Below the pieces are notes generated by a model. It was not told the origin of the DNA, did no database searches, and saw only the letters and a program-made list of their open reading frames with translations. This document shows, piece after piece, positions 1 through 11,613 of a stretch of 64,000 nucleotides of DNA. The stretch comes from Yuukianura sp. NJ FZ-2021 (lineage: Eukaryota): assembly GCA_046563655.1 (NCBI GenBank), contig CM102284.1:8680001-8744000 (forward strand). The letters are read 5' to 3'. The position numbers were made by a program, and so were the translations under genes. Positions within the stretch are counted from its first letter, which is position 1, and each line of letters begins with the position of its first letter.

Positions 1-3000
1 GTTGGGGTCCATGATTTCGAAACGCAGGGCCAGCGGATCTCCCACCTAAACAGAGAGAGAGAGAGAAAGCTACATTTCACACCTAAATTATCAATTTGCT
101 TTTTTTGGAGGGACTTTTTAAATATTTAGAATTTGGATAAATTATAACGGCGGGTCTAGTGATCTCACTTTCACTTTTTAAACTTACGGGATTGACAGAA
201 TTTGTGAACATGATTTGTAGGGCTTACTTGTGCTGCTCCTGTGGCCTCCCCTCGTCTGTCAGTCACCCGCATGGCGACATTGGGTGAGTCCACAATGCTC
301 TCCTGTGCCATTGAATGTTTGAGATCCCCCACCACACCCAGATCCACTTCATTGGACACGGACTTGTTCGTGAGGTCGTACTGACAGGCGACAGACAGAC
401 CCATGTCAGACGCTGTCACGATTTGGTCATGGTGCTGCAGAATGACCTGTACAAATTGTCAACTGATGAGGACAGGAAGTGGGCTTTGAAAGGCCTTCAA
501 TCACTTTAATTGGTGTGCATTGACTACTTGTAGGAGTGATTGATTGACACTTACTTCCGTAGAGTACCTTCCCATGGACTCCCTCTGGACGCCGCATTCA
601 ATGTCAGTGTAGGGCAGACGCAGGACGAATTCAAGTCCATTCGTCACGTCCACTGCGCAACTGTTGGGGGCTCCCTTGGCGTACAGTTTCCCCTGGAAGA
701 TCTTTGAAGTTCTGACGGTGGCCAGCATGTCGCCTGCTCGGCAGTCCACACTCACGTTGTAGCAAGCACCTAATTCCTTTGTCACTCCGCCCAACACTGC
801 CAGGAAAGGATCTCGGATGTGTGTGAGAGTAAGGGAAGAGTGGTGACTGAGACGACACACTTGAGCCCCTGTCGCGTTGTAGTCAAACGACTGACACCGA
901 AACGATGTCCCCAAACACAAGTTCCTAAAGGGAAAGGCTCAATTTAGTCCATGTTTCAGCATCATTCCAGAAAGCATTTTCTATTTCATGGTTTTAGGCA
1001 CAATTTGGAAGTACTTGACTCTTTCCATGAGAGCCCTTCAGTTTGAGAGACGGTGGCAAGGTTTCTTGACTTTTGTTTTCTTTAACAGGTTGGGTAATAC
1101 CTCATGCTTTTTTTCTATTTTGCAAAAAAAGAAGTATCTTTTCATTTCAGGGCATCGTAGTCATAACAATATAAATAATTGATTTAAATTTTGCATACGA
1201 ATTGATGCCAATTTGTCGGATTATTGGTATTAAATTGGTACTAATTTTTAGTTATTTTTGTTTTTTCTCAACAAGTGAGGTAGCACCTAACCTATTAAAG
1301 AAAATTAACTAGTTGTCAAGGAGCCTTGGACGGTGGAATGTTGTTCTTGTTGGAAGAAAGTGAGTGGGGAGTGGAGTAGTGTGAAGAGTGGGACTTTAAT
1401 TGCCTCATTAATTTGGATTTGTGAATATTTGATGGAGATCGTGAGTGTGGACTTGTGTGGAATTGAAGTATTGGAGGGTGGGACTTACTTGCAGTCGTTC
1501 TCTGACTCCACTTCCTGGTAAACGGCGTCCACCGTCTTGAGTATTTTTCCGTGGAGAGGCTTAAAGTCGCAGAGTTTGTTGGGGTCATTGATGCAGTTGG
1601 ACTCCATGTAGTCAGTTCCATTGGAGGGCTCAATGGAGTGGAGACTGCCGATGGAGAGGCGATCCATGTCGGACAGGAGGCAGTCGCCACTGCTCTTGCT
1701 GAACATGGCAGATCTACAACAAAAACCACTTGAGTTTCAAGGAATTCGGGAGAGGGGAGATGTGGCTGTGGGGTGGATCTGCGCAATTTCCAATTCCGCA
1801 TTTTGCCTCTCTCAATTTGTGAACACGTAGGAATCTCTGCGCAAATTGTGAGGATTTGGAGTTCACATTATCAAACCGGATTCCTCTCACCATTTTCCTT
1901 TTTTTGTGGATGTGAACTGTACTTTGCGGAAGCGGTGGTTGGTGAGATCTCATTTGTTGGAATGCCAGTAAAAAGAGAGGTCACTTTGTGGGTCAATGTC
2001 CATTGTGACTTTGTGTGTCACTTTGGAAGGTGTAATTAAAAGTGTCACTTGTAGAGGATGAGTAAGTGTGAGGGTGGTTGATGACCTGGGGGAGGCTAAT
2101 TGATGAGATTGAGTAGTTGGTGATCCGGTGGATGTTAGCGGGTTCTGTTCCTTTGAAGGAGCCTGACCTTCTTTTGGCACAAAAGAGGATGAGATTGAGC
2201 TTAAAATGCTGGTCATCCTCCTGACCTGCTCCTCCTCCACTCCCTCCTGGGAGGAGGAAGTGGTGGGAATTGATCCAATTCCGACAGTACCTCAGAACCG
2301 TTCTTCCTTGATGGGAACTCAATAATTAAGCATTCCTTTATGTGAGATTCCGAGAGATTGAGAGATTGGGTTTGGGAAAGCAGCGAACCGGCGCTTCCGC
2401 TTTCCACCTCCGACATTTCCTAACTTTCGTGAGGGAGGGAGTGTGTTTGGTGTGAATTGGCGGTTGAAGTGGTTAATTGAAGTGTTTACCTGCACACAAA
2501 GTCTCGCTCTGCCAAGCACAGTTCCATGCAACTGACCCTTGACCCTGTTTTCCTCTCCTTCTTCACTGTCTGCGTGGAGCCCTTGAGCCTGTGATCAGGC
2601 ACTCTTTCGTAGTCCCAAGCCCTGTCGCAATGACTCGTCAGGCACACTTTGTGGGCGTAGAGAGTGAACACTGGAAACTGCGACGAACTCAGAGCACCTA
2701 CAAACAAATTCCCACAATACTTTTTAAATTTTAGAATTCATAGGATTTGAGAGCAGCTAATGACGCCACTCCCACATTTCTTTTGGCTACAAACTGAGGA
2801 AAGAGGCGGACTTTGTTCAATTGTATAAATTGTGTAAATGATTTATAAGTTAAAGTGCCTAATGTCCACGTTAGAGTGACTTTGTAAATGAAGGGAGTAA
2901 ATAATGTTGTTTTGGCGGAGATCGGAAGGATGAGTTGCGTGTGGGGAGGTAATTAATCAACGTCCATTTGACTTCCGACTCTCCGCCACTCACTCCCTCC

Positions 3001-3700
3001 GAACGAAATATCAAAGTCCCGTTCTTTTTCCGCTCTTTTTGTCCACCAAATCCCTTGATTGAATGGAGTGGAAGTTGATGATTGTAGGTGGGACTGTTTG
3101 AGGTGGGGCTGAAGTGGGTCAGAGTGACAGATGGACAGTGTGGCCAGTGGAACATGACAACAATTGGACCATGCCACCTCATGTCCTCCGTTAGGCCATT
3201 GTGGAATGGACAATGAGTTGAGTGGGTCTAATTGACAGGGACCTCATTTGTGTGATTGGATGTGGGAATGATCGGAAGTGGTGGGAGACGTGTGGGAGTG
3301 GGAACGGGACTCAAGTAGGCCTTGGTCAACGGTTGAGCGACTTACCTGGTCGATGGTCGGAGTCTGCGGAGAAGAGGACGCAGAGACCTGTTTCGTAGTT
3401 GGCAGCTCGACAGGAAGTGTTGAGGCGACATGCTTCCAGACAGTCTGCGAGCATGAGAGTTCCAGGCTGAGAGTCCAGGAGGTCGGCGGGAGAGGAGAAC
3501 ACGAATCCAGTCACTAGTTCGAACCCCGTGTTTTCGGGCGTGCATTGGAATGGGGGGACTGGAGGATGGTTGTTGGAGAGCTGTTGGCGCAGACTGAGGC
3601 CGAGGAGTGGTCTGAGTCCAGCAGTGAGCGCCGAGGGGCGTTGCGCAGAGACGAGAGTGGTCGCAGTGAGGACGGTCGCCAGGGTCAACAGAGTCCCCAT
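1..3700 (-). CDS. PAN/Apple + ZP domain apical extracellular matrix protein, neyo/nyobe-like (NOAH family); multi-exon, 3' end beyond window start
   Basis: Signal peptide MGTLLTLATVLTATTLVSA from ATG 3700. Exons ~3345-3700, 2490-2698, 1488-1713, 553-925, 228-447, 1-45. PAN motifs (GFELVTGFVFSSP..GTLMLADCLEAC..NYETGLCVLF, YMESNCINDPNKLCDF) and ZP start (CYNVSVDCRAGDM..CQYDLTNKSV..GDPLALRFEIMD) match my recollection of Drosophila neyo/nyobe. Confidence 0.88.
1057..1328. mobile_element. MITE with CAAGG...CCTTG termini and perfect 8-bp TSD (P-element-like; hAT not excluded)
   Basis: GACGGTGG flanks both ends (1049-1056, 1329-1336). Imperfect TIRs CAAGGTTTCTTGAC...TTTAACAGGTTGGGT / ACCTAACCTATTAAAG...GTCAAGGAGCCTTG. 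Confidence 0.85.
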
Positions 3701-4133
3701 CCTGCAAAACAATCACAATCAAAACTATTTCCCTTCTAAAGTGTTTGGAAATTGTGTGCGGAGTGATTGGCGTCCCGTTCCGTTTGAGTGAGTGGTGTAA
3801 ATTGTCGGAAGATGTGGTTGAGTGGGTGTGAGAAGCGGAAGTTGGTTTGAGATGAGTTGCGGAATGCGGGGGAGGAGTTGTAGGTCAGTGCTGATTGTGG
3901 GAATAGAGTGGCTAATTTGATCTGTCATTGTGTCATGGTGCACAAAGGGCCTTTCCGCAATGACTGGATTCTGCTTTTGTTGAGGAAACGGGAGTTGGAG
4001 ACAACAATTGGAAAGTTAGGTTATGATGGATGTGTTGAGGAGTCCACACAACAATATTTCCAGGATTTTGTGAGTGGAAAGTGTATGACATTGAGAAGAG
4101 TTGTGAGTGGGGAATAAGAGTGCGAAGAGTGTT

Positions 4134-4254
4134 ACCTGAGTGTTGGTGAGGTCAAGGACTGCGGAGATGCTGGTGGAGATGCGACTGAGGTGTGAAGAGG
4201 TAGAGTTGTCGTGGCGTACTGAGAAGCTCAGAGTCGGTGGTTGTGCTTTTGATG
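4134..4254 (-). promoter_or_regulatory. Putative core promoter and 5' UTR exon of the PAN-ZP gene
   Basis: Minus strand: TCAGTA Inr-like at ~4217-4222, A-rich CATCAAAAGC about 28 nt upstream, and splice donor CAG|GTAAC at ~4134 that could join the acceptor just before ATG 3700. Confidence 0.35.
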
Positions 4255-5120
4255 TGGCAAGTGAGAACAGTTAGTGGAGTTCGGTGGGAAATCGGTGGAT
4301 GCGAGTGGAGAGAGGGTGGTTGGAGGTCCAATTTGTGCTCTGGTCAGTTGGTTTTTGCACAGTTTTACCTTGGCACTTACCTTGTGGCTTTTGATGGACA
4401 GGCCGTTGCCCTCTCACCCAAACCTCCAATGTGATTGTGAGGAGAGTGAAGTGATGGGAGATGGCGGAGTGCAGGGAGGCGGAGAGATGCGGGATAAGTG
4501 TCATGTCAAGGGCCCATTTCCGCCAAGAGGCAACTCTTGTGCTTTCACCGGAACTCGAGATATCCTTGAGATCCTCCTGATTTCGGGAGGGTGAAAGGAC
4601 TAATTAATTTGCACAGCTTCTCTCGGCAACATGCCGTTCACTCTTCTTGGAGAATGGTTGGAGGGAATGAGGGAAATGACAAGTATTTGCTCAATTTTCA
4701 TACTTTTGAGTGGACAGTGTTTGAGGGAATTGAAGGGGATTTTGGGTGAAAGAGTTGGAAGTGGATGATGAGTTATTGGGAAGTCCTGTTACAGGGTCAA
4801 CGGAACCCTGGACCACAAGAGGGGAAAGGGCAGGCTATTGACAGGCGGGACATGACTGGGACATGGCGGAAGGGGAATTATGGAGCGTTGTTAATGGGCC
4901 ATTAAAGACAGGACTCTAACGGCTCTTGCCACCCAACGCAGGAAGTCAAAGCACTTCCGCTCTCTCCCTCCATTCACACCTTGAACCCACTGACCAAATT
5001 GGAATTAATTCTCACGCTCAGAATTGGAGCGGGGATTAGAATTGAGAGGATGAGTGGATTAGAACGGGAGTGGAAGTAATTAGGACCAAGTCCCACTAAT
5101 GGCCCACTTCTCTCTTTCAG

Positions 5121-5947
5121 CACACCCTCACTGGCCACACTGCCAAGGTCAACGCAGCCAGGTTCATGGCGGATGGGAGTCGCGTCGTGAGTGGAGGGTA
5201 CGACAGGACACTCAAAGTGTGGGATCTCAAGTCCAGAGCATGCAAGTCACTCAGTCATCTCAATGAATTCTATTATTATGTTATAGAATTAGTAACTAAT
5301 TAATGTCCTTGGTTACTTGCAGGCATCTCCACCAAGTTTGCTGGGTCCAGTTGTCATGACCTCGTGTCTCTGCCGGACACAAACAGTGTCATTTCCTGTC
5401 ACTACGACAAGAGAATCCGCTTCTGGGACTTGAGGACAGACTCACCTTCACAGGAAGTGACGCTGGCAGATAAAGTGACCTCACTCGACATTTCCCACAA
5501 TCAACACTATTTACTGGCGTCTGTGCGTGACGACTCTCTCTGCGTACTGGACCTACGCATGAATACAGTCATGGCGCAGTATTCGTAAGAACTTTCCACT
5601 ATTTCCACTCCAACTTCCACTATTTTACTCACTTTCCCTTCTACTGCAGGGCTGACGGATTCAAAGTGTCGTCAGACATTTGTCGTGCTGTGTTTTCACC
5701 GGATGCGCAGTGGGCTGCCTGTGGGTCTCTGGATGGTTCCATTTACTTTTGGAATGTGATGGAGCATCGACTGGAGATGGTGCTCAAGGAACACTCGTAA
5801 GTCACTTGGAGTCACTCACCTTTGACACATTCTCACATTCATTGTGGTTTCCATAGGTCGGCAGTTGGGTCAATTCACTGGCATCCTAGAGGAATTTCAC
5901 TCGTCAGTGGAGACAGAACTAAAAAAGTAGTCGTTTGGGCTCCTTAA
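5121..5947 (+). CDS. Atg16: Autophagy-related protein 16 (ATG16L1-like), C-terminal WD40 exons only
   Basis: Exons 5121-5241, 5323-5584, 5650-5796, 5856-5947 splice to [84 protein letters not shown], the ATG16L1 C-terminus. AATAAA at ~6046. Confidence 0.88.
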
Positions 5948-6225
5948 TCCACCGATCAGCGGTCCTTACTTTTCCAACTGCCGAACAGAAAGTAAACCTC
6001 AACTCCACAGTACAATTCTTTCATCCTATCCCGCTTTTTGAACTGAATAAAAGAAAGGCTACAACTAAACAAAACTGGGTAGGATGCTTAAAGCGACGCT
6101 CAATATTACTGGACGGATTTTGACTGAGCAGAATAAGAGACCGAGTAAAATGTCAGAAATTGTGGTTTATTTGGAAAACGAAAAGTCACGAAAGCTTACA
6201 AGGGATGGGGATGTTTCGTGGGAGC

Positions 6226-7052
6226 TTATAGTTTCTCCTCTTCAAGTCCGTGTTTGAAGAACATCATGACTGGAACAGAATCACCGTCAATTTCACGGTA
6301 CTCCATCATTGCGACCATGGCGTCGTGATCCATGTTTTCTCCAGTGAAGAGTTGAAGGTCCTTGAACCTCTCCAGAATCCCCTTCATGACCTTGTTGATG
6401 TTGGCCTTAAAAACGTCCACTTGGTCTGGATGCTTCTCCTGGAGTTGGGCCAACAGTTTCTTCATGTACTCCTTCAAGTAGAGAGTGTATCCCCTATGTA
6501 AAGTCCACAAATTCTTGAGTAATTGGTTGGAATGGAGATGAGTAGTGATTAATTGGTTGGACTTACTTCTTATCAAATGCATGTGTCTCCACAACTTGGT
6601 GGTTGAGCACAATGTCTACTCCACTCTCCACTCCGGACTCTGTTCCCTCTTCTTGCTCTTCCTGCGATGGATTTGACCCCTCCAACACGATGTCGCCCTG
6701 CTTTCTGCTCACTAACTGAAACACAAAAGTACTTGTGAGCAAACATGTTCATTTCATGTGAATGACCAGGATAGCTGATCAAATCAAATCAATGGCCAGC
6801 GACCGATGACGATGTGATGTGAGTGCATTCTTACCTTCCCATAAACTTCATACATCACTTCATCCACGAGCTTCATTTTGTAAGTGTCGGAAAACATCTC
6901 GTCCCCTGTTAAAACAACACAATTCCCAATGGGAATTTCCCATTAATTAGGTTCCAATCCAATTAACACAACTCTTTACTTTACTCTTCCATTCCAAGTG
7001 TTGGTACATGCCGAAAACACTTACCTGAGAGGATGCACTTGTACAGCTTCAT
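6226..7052 (-). CDS. Tctp: Translationally controlled tumour protein
   Basis: Four exons: MKLYKCILSGDEMFSDTYKMKLVDEVMYEVYGK..GSNPSQEE..SGVDIVLNH..YLKEYMKKL..FFKHGLEEEKL*. Confidence 0.96.
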
Positions 7053-7116
7053 GATCTAGTCAAGAAATCGGTTTAATTAGTTTAATTGAACAATTATAAT
7101 TAAACTCGCGTCTCGT

Positions 7117-7199
7117 AAAAGAGAGAGAGAGAGAGGCGGAAAAAAAGCAGATGGCAGGGCACACTGAAAATTTCAAAGAGAATCCGCTGGCGCATGCGC
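7117..7199 (-). promoter_or_regulatory. TCTP promoter: 5'TOP/TCT-like pyrimidine tract plus NRF1/Ewg-like GCGCATGCGC
   Basis: Minus strand CTTTTTTTCCGCC(TC)nTTTT about 90 nt upstream of the ATG. Palindromic GCGCATGCGC at 7190-7199. TCTP is a known TOP mRNA in other animals. Confidence 0.55.
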
Positions 7200-7209
7200 C
7201 TACTCGGAA

Positions 7210-7910
7210 TAACAAAATTGGGTTGAGGTAAGCTTTAACGACCATAATTGTAGCCGCACTGTGTAGCCGCCTGCGGCCATCATGAGCGGCTACAATGGGT
7301 GGCTATGCTTAAGTGGCAACATTTGTAGCCGCCTGTGCTAAAATTTCCCTTGTCGCTACTGAATTGTAGCCGCATATGCTAAATAATGCTGGCAATAGTG
7401 TTTTAGAATTTGGTCTCGAGATACAATACCCTAAACGAAAACCTCGAAGCTAATCACTATTGTTAAGTACTAAGCAAACCTAACGCCTCGCCTTCGGCGC
7501 GGAAAAACATAAGTGAATTTTTTGAATGAAACAGCAAAAAACATTAGACTGGAAACTTTTACTTTTTGATTCTGTAAATCCTAAATCCTGTTATGTTTTC
7601 CTGCGCCGAAGGCGCGGAGTTACGGCTTTCAAATTCCACAATACTGATTGCGTCTGTAGGTTAGGTTTTTAAAGTTCGCAATACTGATTAAGTCTGTAGG
7701 TTATTCTCAAATTCTTAAGCAGTGTTGCCAGTATTATTTAGCAGGTGCGGCTACAATATGGTGGCTACAAGGCAAAATTTTCCACGGGCGGCTACAAATG
7801 TTGCCACTCAAGCGTAGCCACCCATTGTAGCCGCTCAAGATGGCCGCCGGCGACTACACTGTGCGGCTGCAATGACGCTCGTTAAAGCTTACCTCAACCC
7901 AATTTTGTTA
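7210..7910. mobile_element. Non-autonomous DNA transposon/foldback element with ~190-bp imperfect TIRs
   Basis: TAACAAAATTGGGTTGAGGTAAGCTTTAACGA at 7210 is the reverse complement of 7879-7910. Arms carry repeated TGTAGCCGC/GCGGCTACA motifs. Internal inverted pair CGCCTTCGGCGC/GCGCCGAAGGCG. Confidence 0.85.
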
Positions 7911-8825
7911 CAGTAAAGTTTCTTACTTACGCCATTTGCCAAATACAAAACAAATTACAATTGAGAAGTACAAAACGTGCACCCATACATTTGCGGCGAA
8001 CTGGCAAAATGATTGTAATGTTTGTGCGAAAGGTAAAACAAATCTCCGTATTCCACCATGATTCCTCCGCAGAGGGATTTGAGTGAAAACGAACAAATAT
8101 GCCGATGTCTGTTGTTAACCAGAAACCGATTTTGCGATTTTGTTAACAGAAACGATTGATGTTAAATAATCAACAATAAGGCGTCCTTAAATCTAAATTC
8201 AATTTGATTCAATTCAATAATTTAATTTAATTTGCTAAATTAATTGCAACGCATTTTTGTCATTTTTATTAATTTTATATGCACATTTCTGTATCTTTTT
8301 TTGACAATTCAAATTAGGAGAAAGCTATAGTGATCTCCACGTTATTATGGGTCTATCGACGTGTCATTTTAAGTTGTTCCATCAGTTACGTAACACGCAC
8401 CAATTAATCCATTTTCATTTAGTATGGAAAAAATATTTAGCAAACTATAAGACCAATTTTGTATCTGAAAATGTATAAATAACTTTGTATTATAGAAATT
8501 TTAAAAACCATGGTTGATTATGTTACTAATTATACGGTTGTTAAATCTAATTGTTTTTACAAGTAAGTAATTTAATTTCATATTTTAAAATTACTTTTTA
8601 AAGTATATGCCCCTCTATGAATGCAAACTTAGTGCTGAGTAGTAGCTGCTTGACCAACCGTCAAAAAAGAAAAACCGAAACACGAGAAAGGGGAAACAAC
8701 AAACAGATTTTTGAGAGGCCTTTGCAGAGGAGAGAGTGTTAATTTAATTTGTTAATTGTCAATTAATTAATCGATTGATTAAGTTAGGTTCTGTGAAGTG
8801 ACTGACTTAAACTAGTAAAATCAGC

Positions 8826-9588
8826 ATGGTAAGGGATCTAAAATTCATTGAAGATGACTAGATTCGTTTCTCATGCGAAATGTTTTGACATTTGTTGTAG
8901 GGTGAAGATAAGACAAAAGTAAACAAATGGGACGGATCAGCTGTGAAGAACGCTTTGGACGACGCTGTTCGAGATGTGCTGGTCAAGAAGCTGAGCTATG
9001 AAGAGAACTTTGCACTGGTGGATGGACGACTGGCCATTTGCAGTGTCGCAGTTGGAATCGCCATGTTTGCTTTGTTGTGGGACTACCTTCATCCATTTCC
9101 TGTTTCAAGGTGGAATTATAACATTTCAATTCAAAGAATAGCAATGTAATAGGTGTTTGATTAATCGATTGATTATGTTTAGACCAATCCTGCTCCTTTG
9201 TGTAGCTCTGTACTTTGTCATGATGGGAATTTTGACGGTGTACACTGCATATGTTGAGAAAGGAATCTTTGCCGTTGCGGTCCAGAAAGATCCAGCTGGA
9301 ATTGACCCTAGTGTGACCTGGGAGGCCAGTTCTTATATGAAGAGGTAATCGATTATAATGCAATTTAATTGAAATAATCCATCTGTCAAACTCGAATTCT
9401 TTGCTAGATTTGATGACATGTTCCAAGTCACTCTGAGTAGCAACAAAGCAGGAAAAGTGAAGTCAGCCACAATGGATAAATCGGTTTCTTGCTTCGTCGA
9501 TACCCAAGGGAACATTTTGTACGATCTGCTCGAACCTGAGATTCTCAAGCTCCACAATAACATCGTTTCAGGAAAGAAGGAAAAATAA
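8826..9588 (+). CDS. SPCS2: Signal peptidase complex subunit 2 (SPC25/Spase25)
   Basis: ATG-only first coding exon (8826-8828), then [58 protein letters not shown]. Confidence 0.93.
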
Positions 9589-11543
9589 TTCCAGTCCATT
9601 TTAATGTTACACACCAAAACAATTAACATCAAGCTCTGCTTGTTTACAGATGCTTGATGTTCATTTTTTTTTCATAATCTCTATTTATGGAACCAATTCT
9701 AAAATCCTACAGTTCTATTGCATGTTCTAATTAAAACAGTTTAACTCTACGCTCTACTTATCTTCGCTTAGTACGTTAAATTTCTTTTTCTAAAAACTCC
9801 TTCTAAGAAGTTTCTTCTTTTCCTTTCCAAAATCACTTTCCCACGGTTAAAGTTAAGTAAATGGTTTTTGGCTAAAAAGGAAAGTAAAAGTCTACAGTCG
9901 TAAAAATCAGTTTGAGGTTTATAGAGAAAGTAAATCGTTAAACTGCGTAACACAGTTACACAGTTTAGTAAAAGTTAACTTTTCATTGTCATGTTTTAGT
10001 GTTTTAGTAGGCCTATCACAACAATGGATTGTTAACTTTGATATTGTGAGGGTGTGAACATGAGTTTCTCCTGTAAAACTAAACTTCTCTCTCGGTAAGC
10101 AAACGAAACCAACCCCATTTCAAGTTGAAATTTTCAACTGTCATAATTTTCATTGTTGCAAAATTCAGTTTTGAGTTTCAGTTTTACTGTGAAGGAGAAG
10201 GGGAATGCATGAGGGGAGGTAAGAACTCAACACAGACTTTGCTTCAACTCAACACAGAGAGATGAAGTAATTTAGTACATCTCTTATTGTTATTTTTTTG
10301 AACAGGTAGATGCACAGGATATGGTGGGGGATGAAGATGGAAGTAAGGTGGAAACGGTGTGAGTGACCGAGCATAGGATGAACTTCATTACAAAAGTGAA
10401 GTTGGGCCTTCGTCGTCACCCCCTCTGTCCGATGAAGCCTCTTTTTAGTTTCTACCACCTCGTCCTCGTCACAGTTTACTAAACAATAGGAAGGAACAAG
10501 ACAACTCCATTCTCAAAACCAGTCTAAACCCTGCTTTGTTTAGTTCAACAATCAATTTCAAACTAAATCCAGAAGCTAAGTGCACTTTCACTAAAAACGG
10601 ACTTAAGAAGCAGCAGCGTCCGTCGGCCATGACGACTTAAATCGTAAACCGAATTCGACAAGGATCCGGACGAGCCTAACCCAGCCGGAACCGGACTAAA
10701 GTGAAACCGAAAATTCCGGACAGGTTCACAGTTTTGGAACGATTTTGAACCGGCGACGGTGGATTAACTCTGTTCGAAGTTTTAGTCGGATCGGTGTCAA
10801 ATTTTCAGTCGATTGCATGCGTGTTTGTGCAGAAGTTGTCAATCCAGAATTAAGCGAGTGTTAAGAAGGTCATTTGCTCAACACAATCCTTGAACTTGAA
10901 TTGCAACAAGAACTTTATGTTAATTTCCATTTAAAATGGAATGAGAGCAGGGATTGGTTTTTGTGTAGTACAGAACTCACAAGGTGCAGAAACAATTCAT
11001 TACGAACAGTGTAAAGATCAAAGTACTTGAGGAACTAATCGACAAGTCAAGGCGTTTGACAACTTAAACTTCAAAACTTAAAAAACTTGCAAATTCTTCA
11101 AGAAAAATCGTCTTTTGTCAACTTGATCTCAATTGGTAAGTCTTTGTTTTTTTTTCTGGGGCCTAATTCACAAACTCAACTTAAATTAAGGTTTGGTATT
11201 AAAATACGGTTAGCGTTAAGATTTTGGAAAAGTTCAACTAAATTCAAAACTCATTTGTTCAAAAATGTTAAGTTTTCAGTTTCAAGAATTCGGTTTTTTG
11301 AAAACATGTTATAGAGTAACGTTAACTGTAAAATGAGTGAAAACGAAACACTACTTTGCAAAAATTTGCAAATTCAGGCCACGGGCAATTAAAAAACGGA
11401 AGTTGAACTGTGTAATTAAAAAAATGAACATAAAGGTGATGGGAAGTTTTGTTTTATTAAACTAGGTTTTTTCCCACGCCTTTTCAATGCTTATTTGCAA
11501 AAATTTGGTCAGTAAGTCAATGTTTATAGCATTTTTTCTAAAA

Positions 11544-11613
11544 AGTAAACTGCAATTTAGTAAACTGCAATTTAGTAAATTGCAATTTAGTAAATTGCAA
11601 TTTAGTAAACTGC
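11544..11613. repeat. 15-bp minisatellite AGTAAA(C/T)TGCAATTT, ~4.6 copies
   Basis: Directly visible tandem units. Confidence 0.9.

Noticed and set aside
1316-4594. Numerous 60-160 aa ORFs in the PAN-ZP region on both strands
   Set aside because: They are intron read-throughs or shadows of real exons in low-stop-density sequence, with no recognisable domains.
7210-7910. Autonomous transposon or miRNA precursor
   Set aside because: No transposase ORF; the arms are long, repetitive and shared with another MITE.
8826-8828. ATG-only first coding exons (SPCS2; also delta-COP 49908-49910)
   Set aside because: A common arrangement in animal housekeeping genes, so not unusual.
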